The notes under the pieces are model-generated. The model saw only the letters and a list, made by a program, of their open reading frames with translations. It was not told where the DNA came from and made no database searches. DNA of 64,000 bases from Candidatus Deferrimicrobiaceae bacterium (GTDB lineage: Bacteria; Desulfobacterota; Deferrimicrobia; Deferrimicrobiales; Deferrimicrobiaceae): the NCBI GenBank assembly GCA_963792415.1, contig CAWBVY010000004.1, forward strand, positions 320,001 through 384,000, read 5' to 3'. The position numbers and the translations under genes were made by a program. Below are positions 22,568-30,302 of the stretch, piece by piece. The stretch's first letter is position 1. Each line of letters starts with the position of its first letter.

Positions 22568-23892
22568 GGGACGCGGCGATCTCGGTCCTGGCCCGGGTGG
22601 ACCGCGACGAGGCCTTCGCCGACATCGTGCTCGACCGCGCGCTGCGCGACGCGGGCTTTTCCGATTTCCGCGACCGGGGGCTCCTGACGGAGCTCGTGAT
22701 GGGGACCTTGCGCCGGCGCGGCACGATCGATTTCGCCCTTCTGCCGTTCCTCTCCCGTCCCCTCGAACAGACCGACGCGTACGTCCGGAACGCCCTCCGG
22801 GTGGGGGCGTACCAGCTCTTCTACACCCGCATCCCCGACCGCGCGGCTCTGAACGAAACGGTGGCGGCCGTCAAGGCGGCGCGGGGCGGCGGCGCCGGCG
22901 GGTTCGTCAACGCGGTGCTGCGCGGGATCGTCCGGTCGGGGAAGATTCCCGTCCTTCCCCCGGAGGGAGACCCCCGCCGGCTTCCCGCGGAGGGATCGGC
23001 CCCGCGGGATCTCATCGACGCGTTGGCGGGGTCGCTGGGGGAGGCGGAGACGCGGGCGTTCCTCGCCGCGTGCCTCGAGAAACCGCCCTTCGCGGTGCGT
23101 GCCAACCCGTTCCGCGTCGCCACGGGTCCGCTGGCGGGGCGGTTCGCCGACGAAGGGAAAGACCCCGCCCCCTGCCGGTTCGCGCCGGACGGTTTCGTCC
23201 TCGGGAAGCCCTCTCCCGTCTTCTCCGACGCCGCGTTCCTCGAAGGGGCGTACCTCGTCATGGACGAGGGGGCGCAGTTGATCGCCCCGTTGCTTTGTCC
23301 CGGTCCGGGCGAGCGGATTCTCGACGCCTGCGCCGCCCCGGGGGGGAAGACGACGCACCTGTCCGCCCTCGCAGGCGGAAAGGCGGAGATCCTCGCGGCG
23401 GACGTCTCCGCCCTGCGGCTCCGCATGCTGCGCGAGGTGGTGACGCGGACCGGCGCCCCGGGGATCCGGACGGCACTCCACGACCTCTCCCGGGCTCCGA
23501 TGACGCCTTCCTCCGGGCTCTTCGACAAGGTCCTGGTGGATGCTCCGTGCACCGGGATGGGGGTGATCCGCCGGAACCCGGACGCCAAGTGGCGGTTCCG
23601 GCCGGACGGGCCGCGGCGGATGGCGCGGGTCCAGGCGGCGATCCTGCGGAACGCGTGGGAAGCCGTGCGCCCGGGCGGGCTCCTTCTCTATTGCACCTGT
23701 TCGCCGTTGAGGGAGGAAAACGAGGAGGTCGTCGCCGCGTTCCTCGCGGACCGGCCGGAGGCGGCCGTGGCGGCCCGTCCCGGCGATGGATCGGACCCCG
23801 CCGACGCCTGGACGGCGGACGGATTTCTTCGCGTGTACCCCCACCGGCACGGCACCGACGCCTTCTTCGCCGCGCTTCTGCGGAAGAGGTGA
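22516..23892 (+). CDS. rsmB: 16S rRNA m5C967 methyltransferase
   Basis: NusB-like N-terminus (FVNAVLR), DACAAPGGKT, DAPCTGMG and YCTCS motifs. Start uncertain. Confidence 0.9.
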   Translation: MGVRPGPARGGGGTAIVRDAAISVLARVDRDEAFADIVLDRALRDAGFSDFRDRGLLTELVMGTLRRRGTIDFALLPFLSRPLEQTDAYVRNALRVGAYQLFYTRIPDRAALNETVAAVKAARGGGAGGFVNAVLRGIVRSGKIPVLPPEGDPRRLPAEGSAPRDLIDALAGSLGEAETRAFLAACLEKPPFAVRANPFRVATGPLAGRFADEGKDPAPCRFAPDGFVLGKPSPVFSDAAFLEGAYLVMDEGAQLIAPLLCPGPGERILDACAAPGGKTTHLSALAGGKAEILAADVSALRLRMLREVVTRTGAPGIRTALHDLSRAPMTPSSGLFDKVLVDAPCTGMGVIRRNPDAKWRFRPDGPRRMARVQAAILRNAWEAVRPGGLLLYCTCSPLREENEEVVAAFLADRPEAAVAARPGDGSDPADAWTADGFLRVYPHRHGTDAFFAALLRKR

Positions 23893-23948
23893 TCCGGTCA
23901 CCCGGAGGGCGGTGACGTGCTACTATCGAACCCGGGGAGGGGAACTTC

Positions 23949-24626
23949 ATGGAGTATTACATCGCGCCGTCGCTCCTTTCGGCGGACTTCGGCCGGCTGG
24001 CGGACGAGGTCCGGGCGGTCGAGAAGGCGGGCGCGGACCTGCTCCACGTCGACGTGATGGACGGCCGTTTCGTCCCCAACATCACCATCGGCCCGTCGGT
24101 GGTGGCGGCGATCCGGAAAGCGTCGACTGTGCCCCTCGACGTCCACCTGATGATCGTGGAGCCGGAGCGGTACGTCGACGACTTCGCGAAGGCGGGGGCC
24201 GACATCATCACCGTCCACGCCGAGGCGACCCCCCACCTCCAGCGCGTCGTCGCGCGCATCCGCGAGCTCGGGAAGAAGGCGGGCGTCGCCCTCAATCCCT
24301 CCACGTCGCTCTCTTCCGTCGAATGGGTCCTGACCGACGTGGACATGGTCCTTCTCATGAGCGTCAACCCGGGCTTCGGCGGCCAGGCGTTCCTGCCGTC
24401 CACGCTCGGCAAGACCGAGCTGCTCCGCTCCCAGCTCACCCGCGCGGGCATCGACGTCGACATCCAGGTCGACGGCGGGATCAAGGCGGAAAACGTCGGC
24501 GATGTGGCCGCCGCCGGGGCGAACGTGATCGTCTCCGGATCGGGGATCTTCGGGACTCCCGAGTACGGGAAGACGATCGCCCTGATGAAGCGGAATATCC
24601 GGAAGGCCGTCGGCGCGACGGCCTGA
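23949..24626 (+). CDS. rpe: Ribulose-phosphate 3-epimerase
   Basis: IAPSLLSADF, HVDVMDGRFVPN, MSVNPGFGGQ and VDGGI motifs. Confidence 0.97.
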   Translation: MEYYIAPSLLSADFGRLADEVRAVEKAGADLLHVDVMDGRFVPNITIGPSVVAAIRKASTVPLDVHLMIVEPERYVDDFAKAGADIITVHAEATPHLQRVVARIRELGKKAGVALNPSTSLSSVEWVLTDVDMVLLMSVNPGFGGQAFLPSTLGKTELLRSQLTRAGIDVDIQVDGGIKAENVGDVAAAGANVIVSGSGIFGTPEYGKTIALMKRNIRKAVGATA

Positions 24627-24652
24627 GGCGGGATCGGGAGAGGAGGCGGCAA

Positions 24653-25297
24653 ATGGCGGACCGTGTGCAGATCGGCCTGTGGCAGCTGGATCTCCGGGCC
24701 CGGAAGTGCGTCGAGGCCTTGAGGAAGAACGGCTTCGACGCCCACTTCCTGCCCGACCCGGAGGCGGTTCGCGCCCGCGTCCTCGCGGAGTGCGATCCGG
24801 CAGACTCCGTCGGTTTCGGGGGGTCGATGTCCGTCGCGGGATTGGGGATCTTCGAGGCCTTGTCGGGCCGGGGGAAGAAGCTGTACGACCACGGACGGGT
24901 TCCCCCGGAGGAGAGGGCCGCCACGCGCCTGGCCCAGCTCACCTGCGACCTGTTCCTCACCGGGACGAACGCGGTGACGCTGGAAGGGTGCCTCGTGAAC
25001 CTCGACATGAACGGGAACCGGACGAACGCGATGACCTTCGGCCCGAGGAAGGTCGTGGTGGTGGCGGGGGGCCAGAAGATCGTCGCGGACCTCCCGGAGG
25101 CGATCCGCAGGATCAAGACGGTATCGGCCCCGCGAAACGCGAAGCGCCTCAAGTTATCCACTCCGTGCGCCGCCACCGGCTTCTGCGAGGATTGCAACTC
25201 TCCCCAGCGGATCTGCCGCGTCTATTCCATCATCGAGCGCAGGCCGGCGAACTCGGACATCACGGTGCTGGTCTGCGGCGAGCCCCTGGGGCTATAG
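24653..25297 (+). CDS. LUD-domain (lactate utilization) protein
   Basis: GFGGSMS, TNAVTLEG.LVNLD.NGNR and TPCAATGFCEDCNSPQRIC motifs. Confidence 0.85.
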   Translation: MADRVQIGLWQLDLRARKCVEALRKNGFDAHFLPDPEAVRARVLAECDPADSVGFGGSMSVAGLGIFEALSGRGKKLYDHGRVPPEERAATRLAQLTCDLFLTGTNAVTLEGCLVNLDMNGNRTNAMTFGPRKVVVVAGGQKIVADLPEAIRRIKTVSAPRNAKRLKLSTPCAATGFCEDCNSPQRICRVYSIIERRPANSDITVLVCGEPLGL

Positions 25298-25310
25298 GAG
25301 GATCCTTCCC

Positions 25311-25679
25311 TTGCCGCTTTCTTTCCTCGGCTTCCTCGCGATCGGCGCCGCGATCGGCGGCTTGTCCGGCATGTTCGGGATCGGCGGCGGCGCCTTCGTC
25401 GTGCCGGCGCTGGTGGTCCTTTGCGGATTCGACCAGAAGATGGCGGCCGGGACGACGCTGGGGATGCTCCTCCCCCCGATCGGCCTCGCCGCCTTCTGGC
25501 AATATTACAGGGCGGACCTGGTGAACGTTCCGGCCGCTCTGCTCCTCGTCGTGGGATTCCTGGCGGGCTCCTACCTGTCCGCGGGGTACGCGATCGGGCT
25601 CCCCTCGCTCCTCCTGAAGCGGGCGTTCGGGGTGCTGCTGATCGTGACCGGGGTGATCTATATATTGACGGCAAAATAG
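25311..25679 (+). CDS. Half-size TSUP (TauE/SafE) family membrane protein
   Basis: SGMFGIGGG..VPAL and AGTTL motifs; about 4 TM helices; TTG start after AGGAGG. Confidence 0.82.
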   Translation: MPLSFLGFLAIGAAIGGLSGMFGIGGGAFVVPALVVLCGFDQKMAAGTTLGMLLPPIGLAAFWQYYRADLVNVPAALLLVVGFLAGSYLSAGYAIGLPSLLLKRAFGVLLIVTGVIYILTAK

Positions 25680-25705
25680 GCCGTTGGTATCATGCCGGAT
25701 TACGT

Positions 25706-25782
25706 CGGGATGTGGCTCAGCCTGGTAGAGCACCTGGTTCGGGACCAGGGGGTCGCTGGTTCAAATCCAGTCATCCCGACCA
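25706..25782 (+). tRNA. tRNA-Pro (anticodon CGG)
   Basis: Acceptor stem CGGGATG/CATCCCG, D-arm GCTC..GAGC, anticodon arm CCTGG-TTCGGGA-CCAGG, T-loop TTCAAAT, encoded CCA; 77 nt. Confidence 0.97.
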
Positions 25783-25790
25783 TGAATTTC

Positions 25791-25827
25791 AGGGGGTTGC
25801 GGATTCCCGGTCCGTAGCCCCTTTTTC
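25791..25827 (+). terminator. Rho-independent terminator after tRNA-Pro
   Basis: Stem AGGGGGTTGCGGA / TCCGTAGCCCCT (with G-U pairs) followed by a T-run. Confidence 0.75.
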
Positions 25828-25859
25828 GTTTCCCCTTTCCCGTCCGGAGGACAGAGACG

Positions 25860-27401
25860 ATGAACCTGGCCAGGCTGCTTTCCGAAACCGCGGCGAGGAA
25901 CCCCGGCAAGAACGCCGTCGTGTTCGAGGGGACCCCCTGCACGTACGGCGCCTTCGACCGGGAAGTGGAGCGGTACGCGGCCATGCTCCACGCCGCGGGG
26001 GTGGGGAAAGGGGACCGGGTCGCGATCCAGCTCCCGAAACGGATGGAATTCCTCTTCCTCCACTTCGCCACCCTCTCGGTCGGCGCCGTCACCCTGCCCC
26101 TAAACGCGGAGTACCGGCCCGAGGAGGTCGGGTATTTCCTCTCGGACTCGGGAAGTTCCCAGTTCATCACGGACGGCGAACGGTACGAGCGGGCGGCGGG
26201 GGCGCTCCGGGGATTGCGGGGAGTCCACACCTTCCTGGTGGACGGGGAAGGCGGAGGCGGAGCGGAGAGCCTCGCGGACCGGCTCTCCGCCGCACCTTCC
26301 GGCTTCCGTCGGAGCTGGCCGGCGGGCGGCGACGACCCGGCGATGATCTGCTACACCTCGGGGACGACCGGACGGTCCAAGGGAGCCGTGATCACGCACC
26401 GGAACCTGATATCGAACCTGCTGGCGCTGCACGACGCCTGGGAGTGGACCGGGGCCGACGTGCTCCTGCACGTGCTTCCCCTGTTCCACGTCCACGGGCT
26501 GAACGTCGCAACCCACGGGAGCCTGTACGCCGGCTCCACGATCGTCATGCACGGGAAGTTCGACCCGGGGAGGGCGTGGGACGCGCTGGAAGCGCGCGGG
26601 TGCACCCTGTTCATGGGGGTTCCCACGGTCTACCAGCGGATGATGGGGGAGTGGGAGAAGCGGGAGAGGAAACCCGACCTGCGCGGGATGCGGCTGTTCA
26701 TCTCCGGGTCCGCGCCGCTTTCCGACAGCCTCTTCCACCGGTTCGAGCGGGCCACGGGTTTCCGGATCCTGGAGCGGTACGGCATGACCGAGACGGGGAT
26801 GATCGCCTCCAACCGGGTCGACCCGGCGCACCGCAAGGCGAAGAGCGTGGGGTACCCCCTGGCGGGGGTGGACCTCCGGGTCACCGGGGAAAACGGCGCC
26901 GACGTCCGCCCGGGGGAAGTGGGAGAGGTCTGGATCCGGGGGGACAACGTCTTCCCGGGATACTGGGGGATGCCCGGGAAGTCGGCGGAGTCGTTCGTGG
27001 ACGGCTGGTTCCGGTCGGGGGATCTCGGGTTCCGGGACCCGGAAGACGGCGGGAGGCTGTACCTGGTCGGACGGGCGAAGGAACTGATCATCACCGGCGG
27101 CTACAACGTCTACCCGAAGGAGGTCGAGAACGTCCTGGAATCCCACGAGGCGGTGAAGGAGTCCGCGGTGGTCGGGCTTCCGGACGAGGAGTTCGGGGAG
27201 AAGGTCGTCGCCGTCGTCGTGCAGAAGGAGGGGTCGGCCCCCGTCGCGCCGGAAACCTTCGTGGCGCACTGCAGGACGCATCTCGCGTCGTACAAGTGCC
27301 CGAGGCAGGTCTTCATCGTCCCGGATCTCCCCCGGAACGCCATGGGGAAGATCCGGAAGAACCGGATCGTCGCGTCCCTTCGGGACGGCACGCCGCTCTG
27401 A
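25860..27401 (+). CDS. AMP-forming acyl-CoA synthetase (malonyl-CoA synthetase MatB-like)
   Basis: YTSGTTGRSKG, LPLFHVHGL, ERYGMTET and LPRNAMGK motifs. Confidence 0.88.
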   Translation: MNLARLLSETAARNPGKNAVVFEGTPCTYGAFDREVERYAAMLHAAGVGKGDRVAIQLPKRMEFLFLHFATLSVGAVTLPLNAEYRPEEVGYFLSDSGSSQFITDGERYERAAGALRGLRGVHTFLVDGEGGGGAESLADRLSAAPSGFRRSWPAGGDDPAMICYTSGTTGRSKGAVITHRNLISNLLALHDAWEWTGADVLLHVLPLFHVHGLNVATHGSLYAGSTIVMHGKFDPGRAWDALEARGCTLFMGVPTVYQRMMGEWEKRERKPDLRGMRLFISGSAPLSDSLFHRFERATGFRILERYGMTETGMIASNRVDPAHRKAKSVGYPLAGVDLRVTGENGADVRPGEVGEVWIRGDNVFPGYWGMPGKSAESFVDGWFRSGDLGFRDPEDGGRLYLVGRAKELIITGGYNVYPKEVENVLESHEAVKESAVVGLPDEEFGEKVVAVVVQKEGSAPVAPETFVAHCRTHLASYKCPRQVFIVPDLPRNAMGKIRKNRIVASLRDGTPL

Positions 27402-27429
27402 ACCTCCCCCGTCCCCGCTTCGGGTCCGC

Positions 27430-28203
27430 CTACCGGAGCAGCGCGAGGAGCGCCTCCGCCTCCATGTAGCCGCTGACCATGCGCCCGTCCGGGAGGATCA
27501 GCGTCGGCGTCCCCTCGATCCTCAGCCGCTCGGTGAGCCGGATCGTCTCGTCCACCGCGTCGCTCTTGCACGACGGGGCCGGCAGCTCCTTCCCGGCGTA
27601 GGCGTCGTCGAGCATCTTCTCCGATTTCGAGCAGACGACCGTCTGGCACTTCCGGTATGTGGCCTTGTCGTTCCTGTTTCGCGGGTACGGCATCACGAGG
27701 AACGCCACGTCCGGATCCTTCGCCACCGCTTTCTTGATCTCCCCGTGAAGCTTCACGCAATAGGGGCACGTCGGGTCGGACAGGACGATCACCGTCTTCT
27801 TCGCCGTCTTGCTCCCGATCCGGATGGCGTCCTGGACCGGGATGGCGGCGACGTCCACGCGGTTGAGGTCCTGGTACCGGAGTCCTGTGAGGTTCGCCAT
27901 GTCGGACAGGCGGATGAACTGCCCGCTGATGAGGTACTTCAGGGAATAGTCGAGGTAGAGGGGATAGATTCTCCCGTTCCGGACGACGTCCACCTCCCAG
28001 ACGCCGGGGAACGGCCCCGGCGCGACGGCGACGACGTTGTCAACGATCTTCGCGAGCATCTTCCCCGCCTCTTCCTTCGAGAGTTTGTGGCACTCCGAGC
28101 AGTCCCCGGCGGCCCCGGCCTCTTTCCGGAACGCATCGGCGGGAGCGGAAAGGCACAGGGCGAGAAACGCGGCAAGAACACAGGCGGACAGGAACGGTTT
28201 CAT
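27430..28203 (-). CDS. DsbC-family thiol:disulfide interchange protein with an N-terminal CxxCH
   Basis: Signal peptide; CSECH; DPTCPYC active site; IEGTPT cis-Pro loop. Confidence 0.87.
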   Translation of the reverse strand: MKPFLSACVLAAFLALCLSAPADAFRKEAGAAGDCSECHKLSKEEAGKMLAKIVDNVVAVAPGPFPGVWEVDVVRNGRIYPLYLDYSLKYLISGQFIRLSDMANLTGLRYQDLNRVDVAAIPVQDAIRIGSKTAKKTVIVLSDPTCPYCVKLHGEIKKAVAKDPDVAFLVMPYPRNRNDKATYRKCQTVVCSKSEKMLDDAYAGKELPAPSCKSDAVDETIRLTERLRIEGTPTLILPDGRMVSGYMEAEALLALLR

Positions 28204-28437
28204 CCGGGGTCTCCTTGGACAGGGATCATTGCTACAAGAAAGCATTGGTCAATTGTACAACGCCCCGTGTGGCATCCCGCCGAATTTCAGAATGCGTCGA
28301 CGGGATCCGCCCGTTCGCCCCCCCGGACGGTCGAATTCCGGATCATCGGCGCTTGCAGGCGAAAAACGTTGTTGCCACGAACGCGATTTTTTTGAGATTA
28401 TGGTTCATCAAAATACCGTCTTGCCTTGGGGGTACGA

Positions 28438-29760
28438 ATGGGAATCCGGACGACCGGGGGAATCCTCCGGAAGAGCCTCTCCCCAACGTTCCTTGTGATC
28501 GCCTTTTCCCTGATCCTTTCCGCCTTCCCGACCGGTCCCGCCGCGGCGGCGGATGTGACCGCCTCCTCGAAGACCTATGGCCTGTTGTTCGAGCGGGAGC
28601 TCGCCGGGGGTCAGAAGGACACCTACGCCCCGCTGTACGAATACCTGTCGGCGGACGCGGCGAACCTGGGCGGCAAACCGCTCTCCTTGCACTTCTACGG
28701 CTGGGGGCGGGTCGACCTCGGGGAGCAGACCGGGACCGGCAGTACGTCGGGGGAAATCAGCAGCCTCTACCTCGAGTACCAGCACCCGGAGGGGAACGCC
28801 CAGGGGAAGCTGGGTCGATTCTTCCTCACGGAAGGGGCGGCGATGGATACGGTCGACGGGGTGTTCGTCAAGGCGACGACTCCCGTCGGGCTGGGGGTTT
28901 CCCTCTACGGCGGCGTCCCCGTGGAGTACTCCATCCTGGAGAATGCCGGGAAGGGGGACTCCCTCTACGGCGGCCGGATCTTCTTCGTCAAGTCCGGATT
29001 CGCCGAGATCGGCGCCTCGTACCTGAAGGAGAACAATTCGTCCGACGCGCTGGACCGCGAGCTGTACGGCGGCGATCTGTGGGTGCGCGTCGGGGGCCCG
29101 GTGGAGTTCACCGGGAAGGCGTACTACAACAACTCCGCGAGCGAGATGGCGTCGCAGCGGTACGCGGTCCGGATCGTTCCCAATGCGACCTTCGACATCA
29201 CCGCGGGGTACGAGGCGTATAGTTACAAGGGGCTCTTCCGGTCGGCGCTGAACCCGGCGTTCACATTCCCCTCGGTGGACAACAACGACAAAGTCCAGAC
29301 GATCTTCGGCATCGTGGATTGGGAGTTCACCCCCGGCTGGACCCTGGAGGTGGCGGGGAAGAACATCCGGCACGACCTGTCGGATCCCGGCGACGCCAAC
29401 CGCGGCGAGGTCGGGGTGCGGCACACGTACAACGACAAGAAGGACGTGGCGGGGCTCTCCGCCGCCTTCGTTTCGGCCGACAGCGCGGAAAACGAGTACC
29501 AGGAATACCGCGCTTTTGCCACCTATTCCCCCGACAAGCTCCGGGTGACGCTTGACGGACTCATCCAGAACTACAAGCAGGAGATCAACGGAAAGAAGAA
29601 CGCCTACCAGGTGGTCGCCACGGCGGGGTACCAGGTCCTCGCCGCGCTGCAGGTCTCCGGCAACCTGACCTACACGCAGAGCCCGAACTTCGATAACGAT
29701 TATGCAGGCTTGATCCGGCTGAGCTACGACCTCGCCACCAGCACGGGAGGGAAGAAATGA
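28438..29760 (+). CDS. Outer-membrane beta-barrel porin of a porin-cytochrome conduit
   Basis: Signal peptide (..PAAAA|DV); alternating aromatic-rich beta-strands; terminal LIRLSY strand; ATGA overlap with the next cytochrome gene. Confidence 0.8.
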   Translation: MGIRTTGGILRKSLSPTFLVIAFSLILSAFPTGPAAAADVTASSKTYGLLFERELAGGQKDTYAPLYEYLSADAANLGGKPLSLHFYGWGRVDLGEQTGTGSTSGEISSLYLEYQHPEGNAQGKLGRFFLTEGAAMDTVDGVFVKATTPVGLGVSLYGGVPVEYSILENAGKGDSLYGGRIFFVKSGFAEIGASYLKENNSSDALDRELYGGDLWVRVGGPVEFTGKAYYNNSASEMASQRYAVRIVPNATFDITAGYEAYSYKGLFRSALNPAFTFPSVDNNDKVQTIFGIVDWEFTPGWTLEVAGKNIRHDLSDPGDANRGEVGVRHTYNDKKDVAGLSAAFVSADSAENEYQEYRAFATYSPDKLRVTLDGLIQNYKQEINGKKNAYQVVATAGYQVLAALQVSGNLTYTQSPNFDNDYAGLIRLSYDLATSTGGKK

Positions 29761-30227
29761 TGCGCCGCGCGCACGTCGCGAATATTCTCGGGGTGGCCCT
29801 TTTCGCCCTGCTGTTCGGTTGCTCCGCCGTTTCCCAGGCCCCTTCGGTGCCCCCGAAGCACCCGGAAGAGCTTCCGACCGGGCGGGTCAATTGCCTCGAA
29901 TGCCACGAGAACGTGTCCACCGGGGCGCTGAAGCCGTACGGGACGTTCCGCCACTCCCGCGTCTTCATCGATTCCCACGGCACGTACGCGCGGCAGGGGC
30001 AGAGCCTGTGCTCTTCCTGCCACAAGCCGGAGTTCTGCCAGACGTGCCACGCCGGGAAGGAGGAGCTGAAACCGAACACGAAGATGGGCGACCGGCCGGA
30101 CCGGAGGGCGCCGCACCGCGGCGACTACCTGGTCGCGCACCGGATCGACGGGCGCCTCGACCCCGGCTCGTGCTTCCAGTGCCACGGGAACAAGAACGAC
30201 GCGCGCTGCAGGCAGTGCCATCGGTAA
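29757..30227 (+). CDS. Pentaheme c-type cytochrome lipoprotein (ExtC-like architecture)
   Basis: Lipobox LFGC; CLECH, CSSCH, CQTCH, CFQCH, CRQCH. Confidence 0.9.
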   Translation: MMRRAHVANILGVALFALLFGCSAVSQAPSVPPKHPEELPTGRVNCLECHENVSTGALKPYGTFRHSRVFIDSHGTYARQGQSLCSSCHKPEFCQTCHAGKEELKPNTKMGDRPDRRAPHRGDYLVAHRIDGRLDPGSCFQCHGNKNDARCRQCHR

Positions 30228-30302
30228 AGCGTCCCGCGTCCTTCGAACGGACGATCTCGGGGAGCGTGGCGGATTCCAAGCGGTAAGAAGGAGGAGCGAG
30301 AG

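Noticed and set aside
25706-25860. tRNA-Pro as the integration site of a genomic island
   Set aside because: No integrase follows, I saw no duplicate of the tRNA 3' end in the window, and a normal terminator and a metabolic gene come next.
28204-28437. GEMM-I cyclic-dinucleotide riboswitch or sigma54 promoter upstream of the cytochrome operon
   Set aside because: No GCAAAC/GAAA/CGCAAAGC pattern and no correctly spaced GG-N10-GC element was recognisable by eye. An Rfam scan would settle it.
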